A stretch of DNA of 64,000 bases from Blepharisma stoltei ATCC 30299 (lineage: Eukaryota; Protista; Ciliophora). The stretch is from contig CBFDEM010000035.1 in NCBI GenBank assembly GCA_965603825.1, forward strand, positions 1 through 64,000, given 5' to 3'. The notes under the pieces are model-generated. The model ran no database searches. It was not told where the DNA came from and saw only the letters and a program-made list of their open reading frames with translations. This document shows, one piece after another, positions 1 to 11,059 of the stretch. The position numbers were made by a program, and so were the translations under genes. Each line of letters opens with the position of its first letter. Position 1 is the stretch's first letter.

Positions 1-3000
1 AACACCCTAACACCCTAACACCCTAACACACCCTAACACCCTAACACCCTAACACCCTAACACCCTAACACCCTAACACCCTAACACCCTAACACCCTAA
101 CACCCTAACACCCTAACACCCTAACACCCTAACACCCTAACACCCTAACACCCTAACACCCTAACAACCCTAACACCCTAACACCCTAACACCCTAACAC
201 CCTAACACCCCTAACACCCTAACACCCTAACACCCTAACCACCCTAACACCCAACCCCTAACACCCTAACACCCTAACACCCTAACACCCTAACACCCTA
301 ACACCCTAACACCCCTAACACCCTAAACACCCCCTAACACCCTAACACCCTAACACCCTAACACCCTAACACCCTAACACCCTAACACCCCTAACACCCT
401 AACACCCTAACACCCTAACACCCTAACACCCTAACACCCTACCCTAACACCCTAACACCCTAACACCCTAACACCCTAACACCTAACACCCTAACACCCT
501 AACACCCTAACACCCAACACCCTAACACCCTAACACCCTAACACCCTAACACCCTAACACCCTAACACCCTAACACCCTAACACCCTAACACCCTAACAC
601 CCTAACACCCTAACACCCTAACACCCTAACACCCTAACACCCCTAACACCCTAACACCCTAACACCCTAACACCCTAACACCCTAACACCCTAACCCACC
701 CTAACACCCTAACACCCTAACACCCTAACACCCTAACACCCTAACACCCTAACACCCTAACACCCTAACACCCTAACACCCTAACACCCTAACACCCTAA
801 CACCCTAACACCCTAACACCCTAACACCCCTAACACCCTAACACCCTAACACCCTAACACCCTAACACCCCTAACACCCTAACACCCTAACACCCTAACA
901 CCCTAACACCCTAACACCCTAACACCCTAACACCCTAACACCCTAACACCCTAACACCCTAACACCCCTAACACCCTAACACCCTAACACCCTAACACCC
1001 TAACACCCTAACACCCTAACACCCTAACACCCTAACACCCTAACACCCTAACCCTACACCCTAACACCCTAACACCCTAACACCCTAACACCCTAACACC
1101 CTAACACCCTAACACCCTAACACCCTAACACCCTAACACCCTAACACCCTAACCAACACCCTAACACCCTAACACCCTAACACCCTAACACCCTAACACC
1201 CTAACACCCTAACACCCTAACACCCTAACACCCTAACACCCTAACACCCTAACACCCTAACACCCTAACACCCTAACACCCTAACACCTACCACCCTAAC
1301 ACCCTAACACCCTAACACCCTAACACCCTAACACCCTAACACCCTAACACCCTAACACCCTAACCACCCTAACACCCTAACACCCTAACACCCTAACACC
1401 CTAACACCCTAACACCCTAACACCCTAACACCCTAACACCCTAACACCCTAACACCCTAACACCCTAACACCCTAACACCCTAACACCCTAACACCCCTA
1501 ACACCCTAACACCCTAACACCCTAACACCCTAACACCCTAACACCCTAACACCCTAACACCCTAACACACCCTAACACCCTAACACCCTAACACCCTAAC
1601 ACCCTAACACCCTAACACCCTAACACCCTAACACCCTAACACCCTAACACCCTAACACCCTAACACCCTAACACCCTAACACCCTAACACCCTAACACCC
1701 TAACACCCTAACACCCTAACACCCTAACACCCTAACACCCTAACACCCTAACACCCTAACACCCTAACACCCTAACACCCTAACACCCTAACACCCTAAC
1801 ACCCTAACACCCTAACACCCTAACACCCTAACACCCTAACACCCTAACACCCTAACACCCTAACACCCTAACACCCTAACACCCTAACACCCTAACACCC
1901 TAACACCCTAACACCCTAACACCCTAACACCCTAAACCTAACCCTAACACCCTAACACCCTAACACCCTAACACCCTAACACCCTAACACCCTAACACCC
2001 TAACACCCTAACACCCTAACACCCTAACACCCTAACACCCTAACACCCTAACACCCTAACACCCTAACACCCTAACACCCTAACACCCTAACACCCTAAC
2101 ACCCTAACACCCTAACACCCTAACACCCTAACACCCTAACACCCTAACACCCTAACACCCTAACACCCTAACACCCTAACACCCTAACACCCTAACACCC
2201 TAACACCCTAACACCTAACACCCTAACACCCTAACACCCTAACACCCTAACACCCTAACACCCTAACACCCTAACACCCTAACACCCTAACACCCTAACA
2301 CCCTAACACCCTAACACCCTAACACCTACACCCTAACACCCTAACACCCTAACACCCTAACACCCTAACACCCTAACACCCTAACACCCTAACACCCTAA
2401 CACCCTAACACCCTAACACCCTAACACCCTAACACCCTAACACCCTAACACCCTAACCCCTAACACCCTAACACCCTAACACCCTAACACCCTAACACCT
2501 AACACCCTAACACCCTAACACCCTAACACCCTAACACCCTAACACCCTAACACCCTAACACCCTAACACCCTAACACCCTAACACCCTAACACCCTAACA
2601 CCCTAACACCCTAACACCCTAACACCCTAACACCCTAACACCCTAACACCCTAACACCCTAACACCCTAACACCCTAACACCCTAACACCCTAACACCCT
2701 AACACCCTAACACCCTAACACCCTAACACCCTAACACCCTAACACCCTAACACCCTAACACCCTAACACCCTAACACCCTAACACCCTAACACCCTAACA
2801 CCCTAACACCCTAACACCCTAACACCCTAACACCCTAACACCCTAACACCCTAACACCCTAACCACCCTAACACCCTAACACCCCTAACACCCTAACACC
2901 CTAACACCCTAACACCCTAACACCCTAACACCCTAACACCCTAACACCCTAACACCCTAACACCCTAACACCCTAACACCCTAACACCCTAACACCCTAA

Positions 3001-3079
3001 CACCCTAACACCCTAACACCCTAACACCCTAACACCCTAACACCCTAACACCCTAACACCCTAACACCCTAACACCCTA
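1..3079 (+). repeat. Telomeric tandem repeat (CCCTAACA)n, about 385 units; chromosome end
   Basis: Continuous 8-bp CCCTAACA array from base 1, with scattered 1-3 nt indel variants, ending abruptly in unique AT-rich DNA (ccct|ataaagag). CCCTAACA is the known telomere unit of the heterotrichs Stentor and Blepharisma. Confidence 0.98.
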
Positions 3080-3516
3080 TAAAGAGAATCTTAATTTATT
3101 ATCCTTAACTGCTAAGTTTTTTAAAAAAAATTAAATTTGTTTTTTTAAAATTTTAATTATCTAATATCCATAATTAATGATGATCAATCAGATTTGAAAA
3201 AGAGGCGCACTCATCTATCTGTCAGACCAAGTAATCTGAGTACTATGAAAAGAGAATTAACTATTCCAAAGCTTCCTTAAAATGCAGGCCAAGATTTTTA
3301 AGCAATAAATTGATCAAATTAGTTTAATAATTAATTTTTTAGAATTATTGAATCGGTATCTAACATAATAAGCAAAATCTTATATCAATTTAAATTATAT
3401 TGATATATCCATAAAGGCTAAATTTCCTCAAAAGTAGAATTGCAAGGAGTGTTTAGATCAACTGTTTTATTATTAAAGTTAAATTTAATATAAAACGGGT
3501 ATTTTTTAATGGTTAA

Positions 3517-4180
3517 GTGCTTATAATTTTAAATGTCCCATTGCCTAAAAAGCGTGACAAGCAAGGTACTAAAAGAAAGCAAGTCCAATCGTCATCTAGG
3601 TCTTTTCAAGCTTCGATTGTTAAAGAACCAACAAATTCTGGGTTAACTCAAGCAGAAAGAGATCTTTACTCACTTTTCAGTGGCACTACAACTTTCGCTG
3701 GCACAGAAACAAGAACTATATTTGTGAAATATTGGCTAAAATTTGAGACTTATCTCGTGAATGAAGAAATGGGTCCGATGCATTTAAAAATGCTACAAAT
3801 AGCAGGCAAATGATTAAATATAGAGTCTAAAGTAATATATTTCAGATAAAAGATTGAAGCTGTAGACTCAAGTTTATATTCGAAGATAATTTTTTTTTGA
3901 AACAAAGTGAAAAATGAAGCTGAAGTTGAAAAGAGAAGGATACTCAAAAGTGGCAATATTTATGACCGGCCTGAATACTGCACAGTTATCTTCATCAGCT
4001 GCTAATCCAAAAAGAGACGCAAAGGTTCAAAGAAAAACTAATCTCTATCGGCCTTCTCAAAAAAATATGACGAGCATTCTTTGAAGGTTGTCTCGCAATC
4101 AAGACAAATGCACGATAAATGCATTTGACAACAATCAATGAAGAGATTTCGCTAATTTCACGATGATTAAATATAATTTA
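3517..4180 (+). pseudogene. Degenerate subtelomeric ORF of unknown family
   Basis: Protein-like reading (LTQAERDLYSLF...KWLNIESKVIYFR*KIEAVDSS...) continues through TGA but is broken by in-frame TAA (~3848, ~4115) and frame changes. No 15/16-nt intron rescues it. Confidence 0.4.
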
Positions 4181-5092
4181 ATAAAATAGTCTCAGGTTTT
4201 TGTGTAAGTTATTGGCATATTAAACTATAATGCAGCCGAGAAACTATTTCACTATTCAAATCAACAATTATCCTATTTACTTTTTAACAGAATTTTTAAT
4301 GTTTTTAAATATTCAATTTTGAATAAATTGAAGCTATACCATTACATATAGAGAGGAGCTCCTAGTTCTAATAATATATTAAAAAAACAGAAGTTTTAAT
4401 TGCAAATAAACTTAATTGAAAGACGTCCCATGATTTTTTGATTAGTATCTGATGTGCAAAATAATTCTTTATCTAGTAATTTATTTGTTGCAGCTACTCA
4501 AGTAAAGAAGATGAAGCCCTGCATATAACACTTTCCCTGGAAACTGATTGAAATCAATGGATTAAGTAGAAAAAATCAGTGAGTCCAATTAACCCATGTT
4601 CATATCAACATCAGAATCAAATTTGATTATAGAATTTATTTAGTGAAGAAACTATAAGTTAATCATTGAGTAAGAATTCGAACTCTTATAAAGAAGTCAA
4701 TAAAGGTAATGGCCCATATAGCTACTTAAGGGCTTGAAAAATGATTTGGGAAAGCGATTATATTGGGTCTAATAAAAGCTTTTCTCTAATAGATTTATCT
4801 ACAGTCCCTGGCAAAATTTTTAATTTTACGGTGACAATGAAGATCAATTTATCTTCGCTAAATCTCAGAGTTTAATTTACGCACTTGAACCAAGTAAAGA
4901 ATCCTTATTAATTTAATTCAAGTCTTGAAAATAATATGCATTAGATTTTAAATTTTGTTGATTATGCATCTTATCTAACCATTTCTGCCTTATTCAGTTA
5001 ATTATCCCAATATCTGAAACCTTAATACCTAAGAATGATTCAATTTTGATGCAGCTGACAAGGCTAATGATTCAATTTCTTTAATAATAAAG

Positions 5093-6145
5093 ATGAACAG
5101 CAGGAGTTTAAAAGAGTTTGAAAATGTAGAGATAAAAAACAAGAAATGCTTACTTAGTTTTCAAATAAACACCATTACTTTGGATCTCAACAGCAAACTT
5201 GAAGAAACAGAAAGCACATTAAACATCTTAGATAACTTAGGAAATAAAACAGCTGAGATTTTGAGTAGACCAAACAATCCAGAATTAGAAATGGATTTCA
5301 GAGCAACTTGTTTATCATATCAGAACTATTTTAGTGTTTATGATCCGCTGCTAACGCAAGCTTGACAAGATTATCTTAATGCCTATCAACAAAAGGCATC
5401 TCTTTATAATCTTAAAAGAGATAACGACAGAACTAATTTAATTATTTATAACACTGAAACTGAAAGCCAAGAAGAAATCAAAATCTTGCAGACTCCAAAG
5501 TCACTAGACGATGGTACTCGCATAACTCAACTTCCAAATGGCAAGCTATTTTGTTATGGCAGTCGATATCCAAAAACTTCTGGACATGCAGTGCTAATCG
5601 GCATGAATTATGGAGTCGAAGTTCTGCCATCTGGACCTCCTTGCTTCTGCTCATCATGTATCTATTTCAACAACAGTGTCTATTGCTTCGGAGGAGTGAA
5701 TCGTAAGTATTTAACTCTATCTAGTAGATTTGATTTTGATCAAAATCGATGAATTCAATTAACTCCAATGCCAAAAGCTGATTCCTCTTGCAATAGTATA
5801 ATATATAATGGAAATATTTTGATTTCTGGAAGCAATAATAAAAATCTGTTGTTATACTCAATTGATATTGACTCTTTCTCGACAATTCCTTATGAGTTTG
5901 CAGCACTCACAAGAAAGATTCTGATAAATGCAGAGAGATTGTATTTGATTGAATGTGACATGGGATCAGTCTATGAAAGTGAAATTGGAAGTGAAATGAA
6001 TTGGAGACGAATAAAACAATCAATAATCAGTGATTATCCTGACCAATTGTATTGCTCATATAATAAAGGAGGAATATACATTGGGATATACGGAAATGAA
6101 TACTTCAAGTTTGATTTGAGTAAAAAAAGACTAATCAAATTATAA
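5093..6145 (+). CDS. Kelch-like beta-propeller protein with N-terminal helical region, 350 aa
   Basis: Track ORFs 5093, 5486 and 5768 are one frame joined by TGA=Trp (5363, 5750). Kelch motifs QLPNGKLFCYG, VYCFGG, RFDFDQNRW..L..MP; ends TAA. Confidence 0.85.
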
Positions 6146-7205
6146 AGGCCTTAATCGCTAGTTAAAAATAAATTTTAATGTTTTTTAAATGTTCAGTTTT
6201 GAGTAACTCGAAGTGCTATTGTAATATATGTCAGTATGTTTCTAATTAATGAGAACAGATTATAAATGCTGGCGATTGCTATTGATTTAATAAATGATCT
6301 TCTGCAGATGCTGCTGCATACTTTTGTTCAGTAATCATCTAAGTCTGCATAATTTATATACTGTAGCCCTATTTTCTTATATAATCCTAGTTCATATACC
6401 ACAATCGAGTAATTGATAGTCTATATAAAATATAAAAGAAATTAGAAAGACTTTGCCTGATTAAAAATAAAGCTACCTAATTAATCTATAAATTTAATAA
6501 TTTAATACACAGTTTAGTAAAGGTAAGATATTATTTGAAAATATTTATTTTCCCTCATATTCGGTTTAAAGGATCAATATATAATTTAAAAGTGGATTTT
6601 TATTTTGGCACATATTTAGCTTGGGATAACTCTACAATTGAATCCTTATTTACAATAAATTTGTGCCCAATTTTCTTAAGGCTTTTCTGCACATGCTACT
6701 GAAGTTTTTCTAAAACATTTAATAAGAGAATAAAAAGGCCATAAACTTGGGCAATTTTGGGGATACTATTTATTATTTTAAAAAAAAGTCAATGAAGTAC
6801 TAGGATTCGGATGTTAAGCTAAAGGCTAAAACCTGGGTTTTGACTATTTTTATCTGAATTCAGCAACTAAAACTTCAAAGACAATGAGGATCACATGCGG
6901 TTTCAGATGAGCATCATGCACATTAAAAACGCTGCGCTATAAAAAGGAAAGCTTCATTTTGCTAAAATTAGAGTAATAGCTATGTATGATAAATTTAGAA
7001 TTGATTATTTGACTTGCTCAATGAGGAGGAGAAAAGTAATTAAATTCTAATTAAAAATATAAAAATTAAGTGAAATAATCTTAAGTAATCGCTTCAATAT
7101 AGCATCATGCTGAATTTTATTAAATAATTATTATTAATTAATCAATCAATATTGCCGCATAAATTTTTAGTGAAAGTTTTTCTTACTGATTAATAGAGGA
7201 TGCAA

Positions 7206-8216
7206 CTAAAAAATAATCTCTTCTCTTGAATGAACTTGATATCCATTTCCTTCATCATCTTCAACATGCAAAACCCCGTCTTCTGTAATATCAATTAATT
7301 TCCCTTTAACTTTCTGATTAGGAAGATCTACAATCTTATTATAATGATACCACTTCAATTTATATTCATCTCTAATCTTTTCATATCCACCTTGCTTCTC
7401 TAATAAATCACAAATCTCAGAAAACTCTGCAAGATACTCAGCAACTAAATCTTCCTTTGTGAAAATTCCTCCATATTCAAGATTCAGGCATGTGGTTGGC
7501 TTTTTATTGTCACAGTTTATTCCAATTCCAATATTCATTACAAAATCTTTTCCTTCGCTTTTTGAATTTACCAAAATTCCAGCAATTTTTACGTCTCTAT
7601 ATAAAATGTCATTTGGCCATTTTAATTTCACATAGTCAAGTCTTTCTTGAGAAATTCCGTTTCTCGTCCCAATTTTTACTATTGCTCTGATAATCGCTAG
7701 AGGGACAATGAGTTGAATCATAACTGCATGTTGTGCATGGCATGAAAATAAGTATGAGTATAAAAGAGATCCTGGCTCAGACATCCATGGGCCTGTTCTG
7801 CCAGTTCCTTGGGTTTGTAAGTCAGCAACATATAAAAGTCCTTCTTTTATACCATCAATGGTGTCGAATACTTTTGCAGTTGAAGTTGTTATGTGAGAGT
7901 ACATCACATTTGCTGCATAGCGTAGAACGCCAGGATTTGTGGAATTAAGTAATTTCCTAATGTCAAAACCTTGAGTTTTTGGGATTTTTCCTTTTTGGAA
8001 TTCTGAGAAAGAGTAAATTTTCATTTCGTTAAGAGGAGGAGATTTTAGACTGATTTTGGAGAGGATTAGTTTGTCTCTGAGAATAAGCAAATGACTTACT
8101 TTTCGATTTAACCAAAAGGATCTATAGCAAACGTAGCTTAATGCAGCTAGAGATGCAATGAAAAGGATTTTTCTGGAGTGTTCTTTGAGCTGATGTGCTA
8201 AATGCTTAGTGTCCAT
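7206..8216 (-). CDS. BPL1: Biotin-protein ligase (BPL/holocarboxylase synthetase family)
   Basis: Motifs QTQGTGR..W, LKWPND, KIAGIL, GIGIN and a C-terminal BPL_C-like DITEDGVLHV. Confidence 0.92.
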   Translation of the reverse strand: MDTKHLAHQLKEHSRKILFIASLAALSYVCYRSFWLNRKVSHLLILRDKLILSKISLKSPPLNEMKIYSFSEFQKGKIPKTQGFDIRKLLNSTNPGVLRYAANVMYSHITTSTAKVFDTIDGIKEGLLYVADLQTQGTGRTGPWMSEPGSLLYSYLFSCHAQHAVMIQLIVPLAIIRAIVKIGTRNGISQERLDYVKLKWPNDILYRDVKIAGILVNSKSEGKDFVMNIGIGINCDNKKPTTCLNLEYGGIFTKEDLVAEYLAEFSEICDLLEKQGGYEKIRDEYKLKWYHYNKIVDLPNQKVKGKLIDITEDGVLHVEDDEGNGYQVHSREEIIF

Positions 8217-8268
8217 TATCTAATAATTAATGATAGCAAAATTGCATTACTTTCTAACTTGGAAAAAA

Positions 8269-9309
8269 ATGGATGTTTTAAGAAATTATAATTTGCTTGG
8301 CAATATTTTTTCCTACCTTGATGTATTTGACTTATTAGCTTCCATCCCTTTAGTGAACCGAACTTTCAATTCAATGTCGAAATGCCACCCTATTATTGAA
8401 GAAATATTTTCAAACATGCTTTCAGATATCATATGAACAAATCCTGTCATTGATTATCAGGCAATCAAAATATTCTCTGGATTATTCAATACAATTGACG
8501 AAGAATGCAGGCTAATTTTTAAACTTTCTATGTGCCGTTGCTGTGGCCGCTTTTTAGGTATTTCTAGGTATAAAATTATATCAGAAACGATCAGGCAAAA
8601 CACTTCATCCGGAGTTATCGCCCATCAGCAATACCAAAAACTAAGACTTTCTTATGGATCTGAAACTTTTGACTTATATTTTGGAAGCATCTCTAATCAT
8701 TTCTGTAGGAGCATTAAAGGGCAAAAGGTATTGATTTCTTGAGATAGTCCAGATCCCAGTGAATGATTTCAAAAAATAGGAAGGTTATGCAAAATTTTAA
8801 CAGCTAAGGCTGATGAAGAATCCCAGTTCAAACAGGACTATTATCTGACTCGCTTAAAACAAGAAAGAAATTTAGACAGAAATTTGAAATGGCTTGTAAA
8901 AAGGAAAAATCGTATAGAAAAAGATCATAATTATAACATGGCATCTAGGCTTAATTTTGTATCCTCAGAAAAAATGATAATTCGAGAGTCTTTGACTCGA
9001 GTCCAATCTTCAGTGGATATTTCTTTCGTTTTCAAGTCAATGCCGCAGGAATCTCTAGTAAATTTTGTAGAAACATGTAATGAATTTAGCAGAAAATACG
9101 ACCAAACTTATTATTTTAAAAGTAGAAAAAAGGTATGTTTAATCATTATTGAGCTGATACTGTTTTTAATCAAAAATAAAATTATAAAAAGTGCAAAATC
9201 CAATAACTCGCAAGTGATGGTGGGAGAAGAATCAGATAATTTAAGTGATATTGATATTTGGTTGGATTTTCCACGCATATTCGTATTAGACTTTTACGAC
9301 ATGAATTAA
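8269..9309 (+). CDS. F-box-like protein with CxxC...HxC motif, paralog 1 (346 aa)
   Basis: N-terminal LLGNIFSYLDVFDLLASIPLVNRTF resembles an F-box. Three track ORFs join in frame via TGA. Alignable with 22658 and 23822. Confidence 0.8.
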
Positions 9310-9322
9310 AATAATTTATTAA

Positions 9323-10567
9323 TTATTTAAATTTTGGTGGAAATATTAACCTTCTTCCATACCATCTACCTTTAGGCATTAACCAAAAATATGCTTTTGG
9401 CATAACAAATTTATTCAAAAAATACGCAAACCTGTTAGGCTTATCCATAAGCTTTGTATAAGTATGATCTGGAATTCCTTCATATTTGAATTCTGCTAGG
9501 ATTCCTTTTCCATGACTAACAAACAGTGGGCAAGATGTATATCCTGTATATTTGGCATTTAATCCTTGCTTCTCTATTGTTTTAATAAGATTGTTTACTA
9601 GTACAAACGCTTGATCAATGGCGGCGCTCGCAGTTTTTGAGGTTGGAAGATTTGAGCAGTCTCCAATTCCCCATACATTTTCATATTTTACATGTCTAAG
9701 TGTGCCTTTATCAACATCTACTAGACCGTCTTTATCACTAACTGGAGAATTTTTTAACGCTTTTGGTGTAGACTGAAAAGGTGTGACATGGATGAAGTCA
9801 TAATTTAGCTTGATCTCTTGTTTATTATGAGCAAAAATTGCTTCATTATTTTTTCAATTCAATTTTGTTAATAAATGGCCATAGTGGACCAAAACATTTT
9901 TATCCTCAGCTATTTTTATTAGAAGCTTTGCATAGTAAGGAGATGTAAATATCGAATACATTGGAAGGAAAAAATTGATATTGGTTTTGTCACGAACATT
10001 TTTATCTCTTCAAATACCATCTGCAAGGTACATAATCTTTTGTGGTGCTCCTCCACATTTAATTGGCTGTGTTGGCTCTGTGAAAAAAGCTTTTCCTCCT
10101 TGGAATTCAGAAATCAACCTATTTGTTTTCATTGCATAATTCAAATCATAGATAGTCCCTACTTTGGAATTTTCATCTTCTAAAGCATCTTTTAAGCCTG
10201 GCAGTCTATCATAGTCCATTACAAGACCTAAAGCAACAACCAAGTTTTCATAAGAAATTTCTTCATTGCCTTCAATTTGGATTTTATTTAAATCAGGCAT
10301 GAATTTTGTGACTGATTTTGAATAAAAGTTTATATCGGGATGAAATAAGGATCGGGTGTCTCTCACATAGTTTTTGAGTTTGGATTTTACTTCATTATTA
10401 TTCCCTAAAACTCCTCCACCTATCATAGATCATGCAGGCTGGTAATAATGTTTTGGAGATGGGTCTATTACAGCTATTTCATTGGGCTTGAGTTTTCCTG
10501 CGCGAATGATTTGGCTCACAATATTTACTGATGCTGTACCTCCGCCAGCAACCACTAGTTTGTACAT
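9323..10567 (-). CDS. SQOR: Sulfide:quinone oxidoreductase, eukaryotic/type II-like (414 aa)
   Basis: MYKLVVAGGGTA Rossmann start, HYYQPAW(TGA)SMIGGG, catalytic Cys motifs KCGGAPQK and YTSCPL, GIGDCSNLPTSKTA. Single frame to TAA at 9323-9325. An alternative in-frame ATG lies at 10606. Confidence 0.95.
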
Positions 10568-11059
10568 CAGAAGTATTAAAAATAAATGGTTTATATTTCA
10601 TTGCATTATTTTGATAGAATTTGCAAGAAAAAGACATCGAGCATTGATTAAATGCTAAAATGAGAAGAGCTGATATTAATTGGGTAACTCTAATGCTGAG
10701 CTTTATATTGCAGCTTTCCTGAAATGTTGGATTAAACATTCTCATCTTTAAATATAAAGTAAATATATTAGTAAAATAAAAGCAGAAATTTTAACAAAAT
10801 ATTCTTGAGTTAATGCATCTTTTTCTATCTTAGTAGCAAAATGCTGTTTGTGAAATAATCTTAAACGACTTCGCAATTCAATTTATCTACGAATCAAATT
10901 ATGATCAAAAGAAGAGTTCTTTAGCTCCAAAGGAAGTATTTTATATTACTATCTAATATTGCATTCACAAAGCATAGAAAATATTTTTTATGGCTTATGA
11001 ATCTTTTATAAATTGACTAGCTTAACAAGCCCTTATTTTCTTAGCCTAAGTGATTAATC

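Noticed and set aside
1-3079. CRISPR array or satellite interpretation of the repeat
   Set aside because: There are no spacers. It is a terminal 8-bp unit matching a known ciliate telomere, next to eukaryotic genes.
3832-3846. Intron-like GTAATATATTTCAG in the subtelomeric pseudogene
   Set aside because: It is 14 nt, lacks A at position 10, and its removal does not give a plausible frame.
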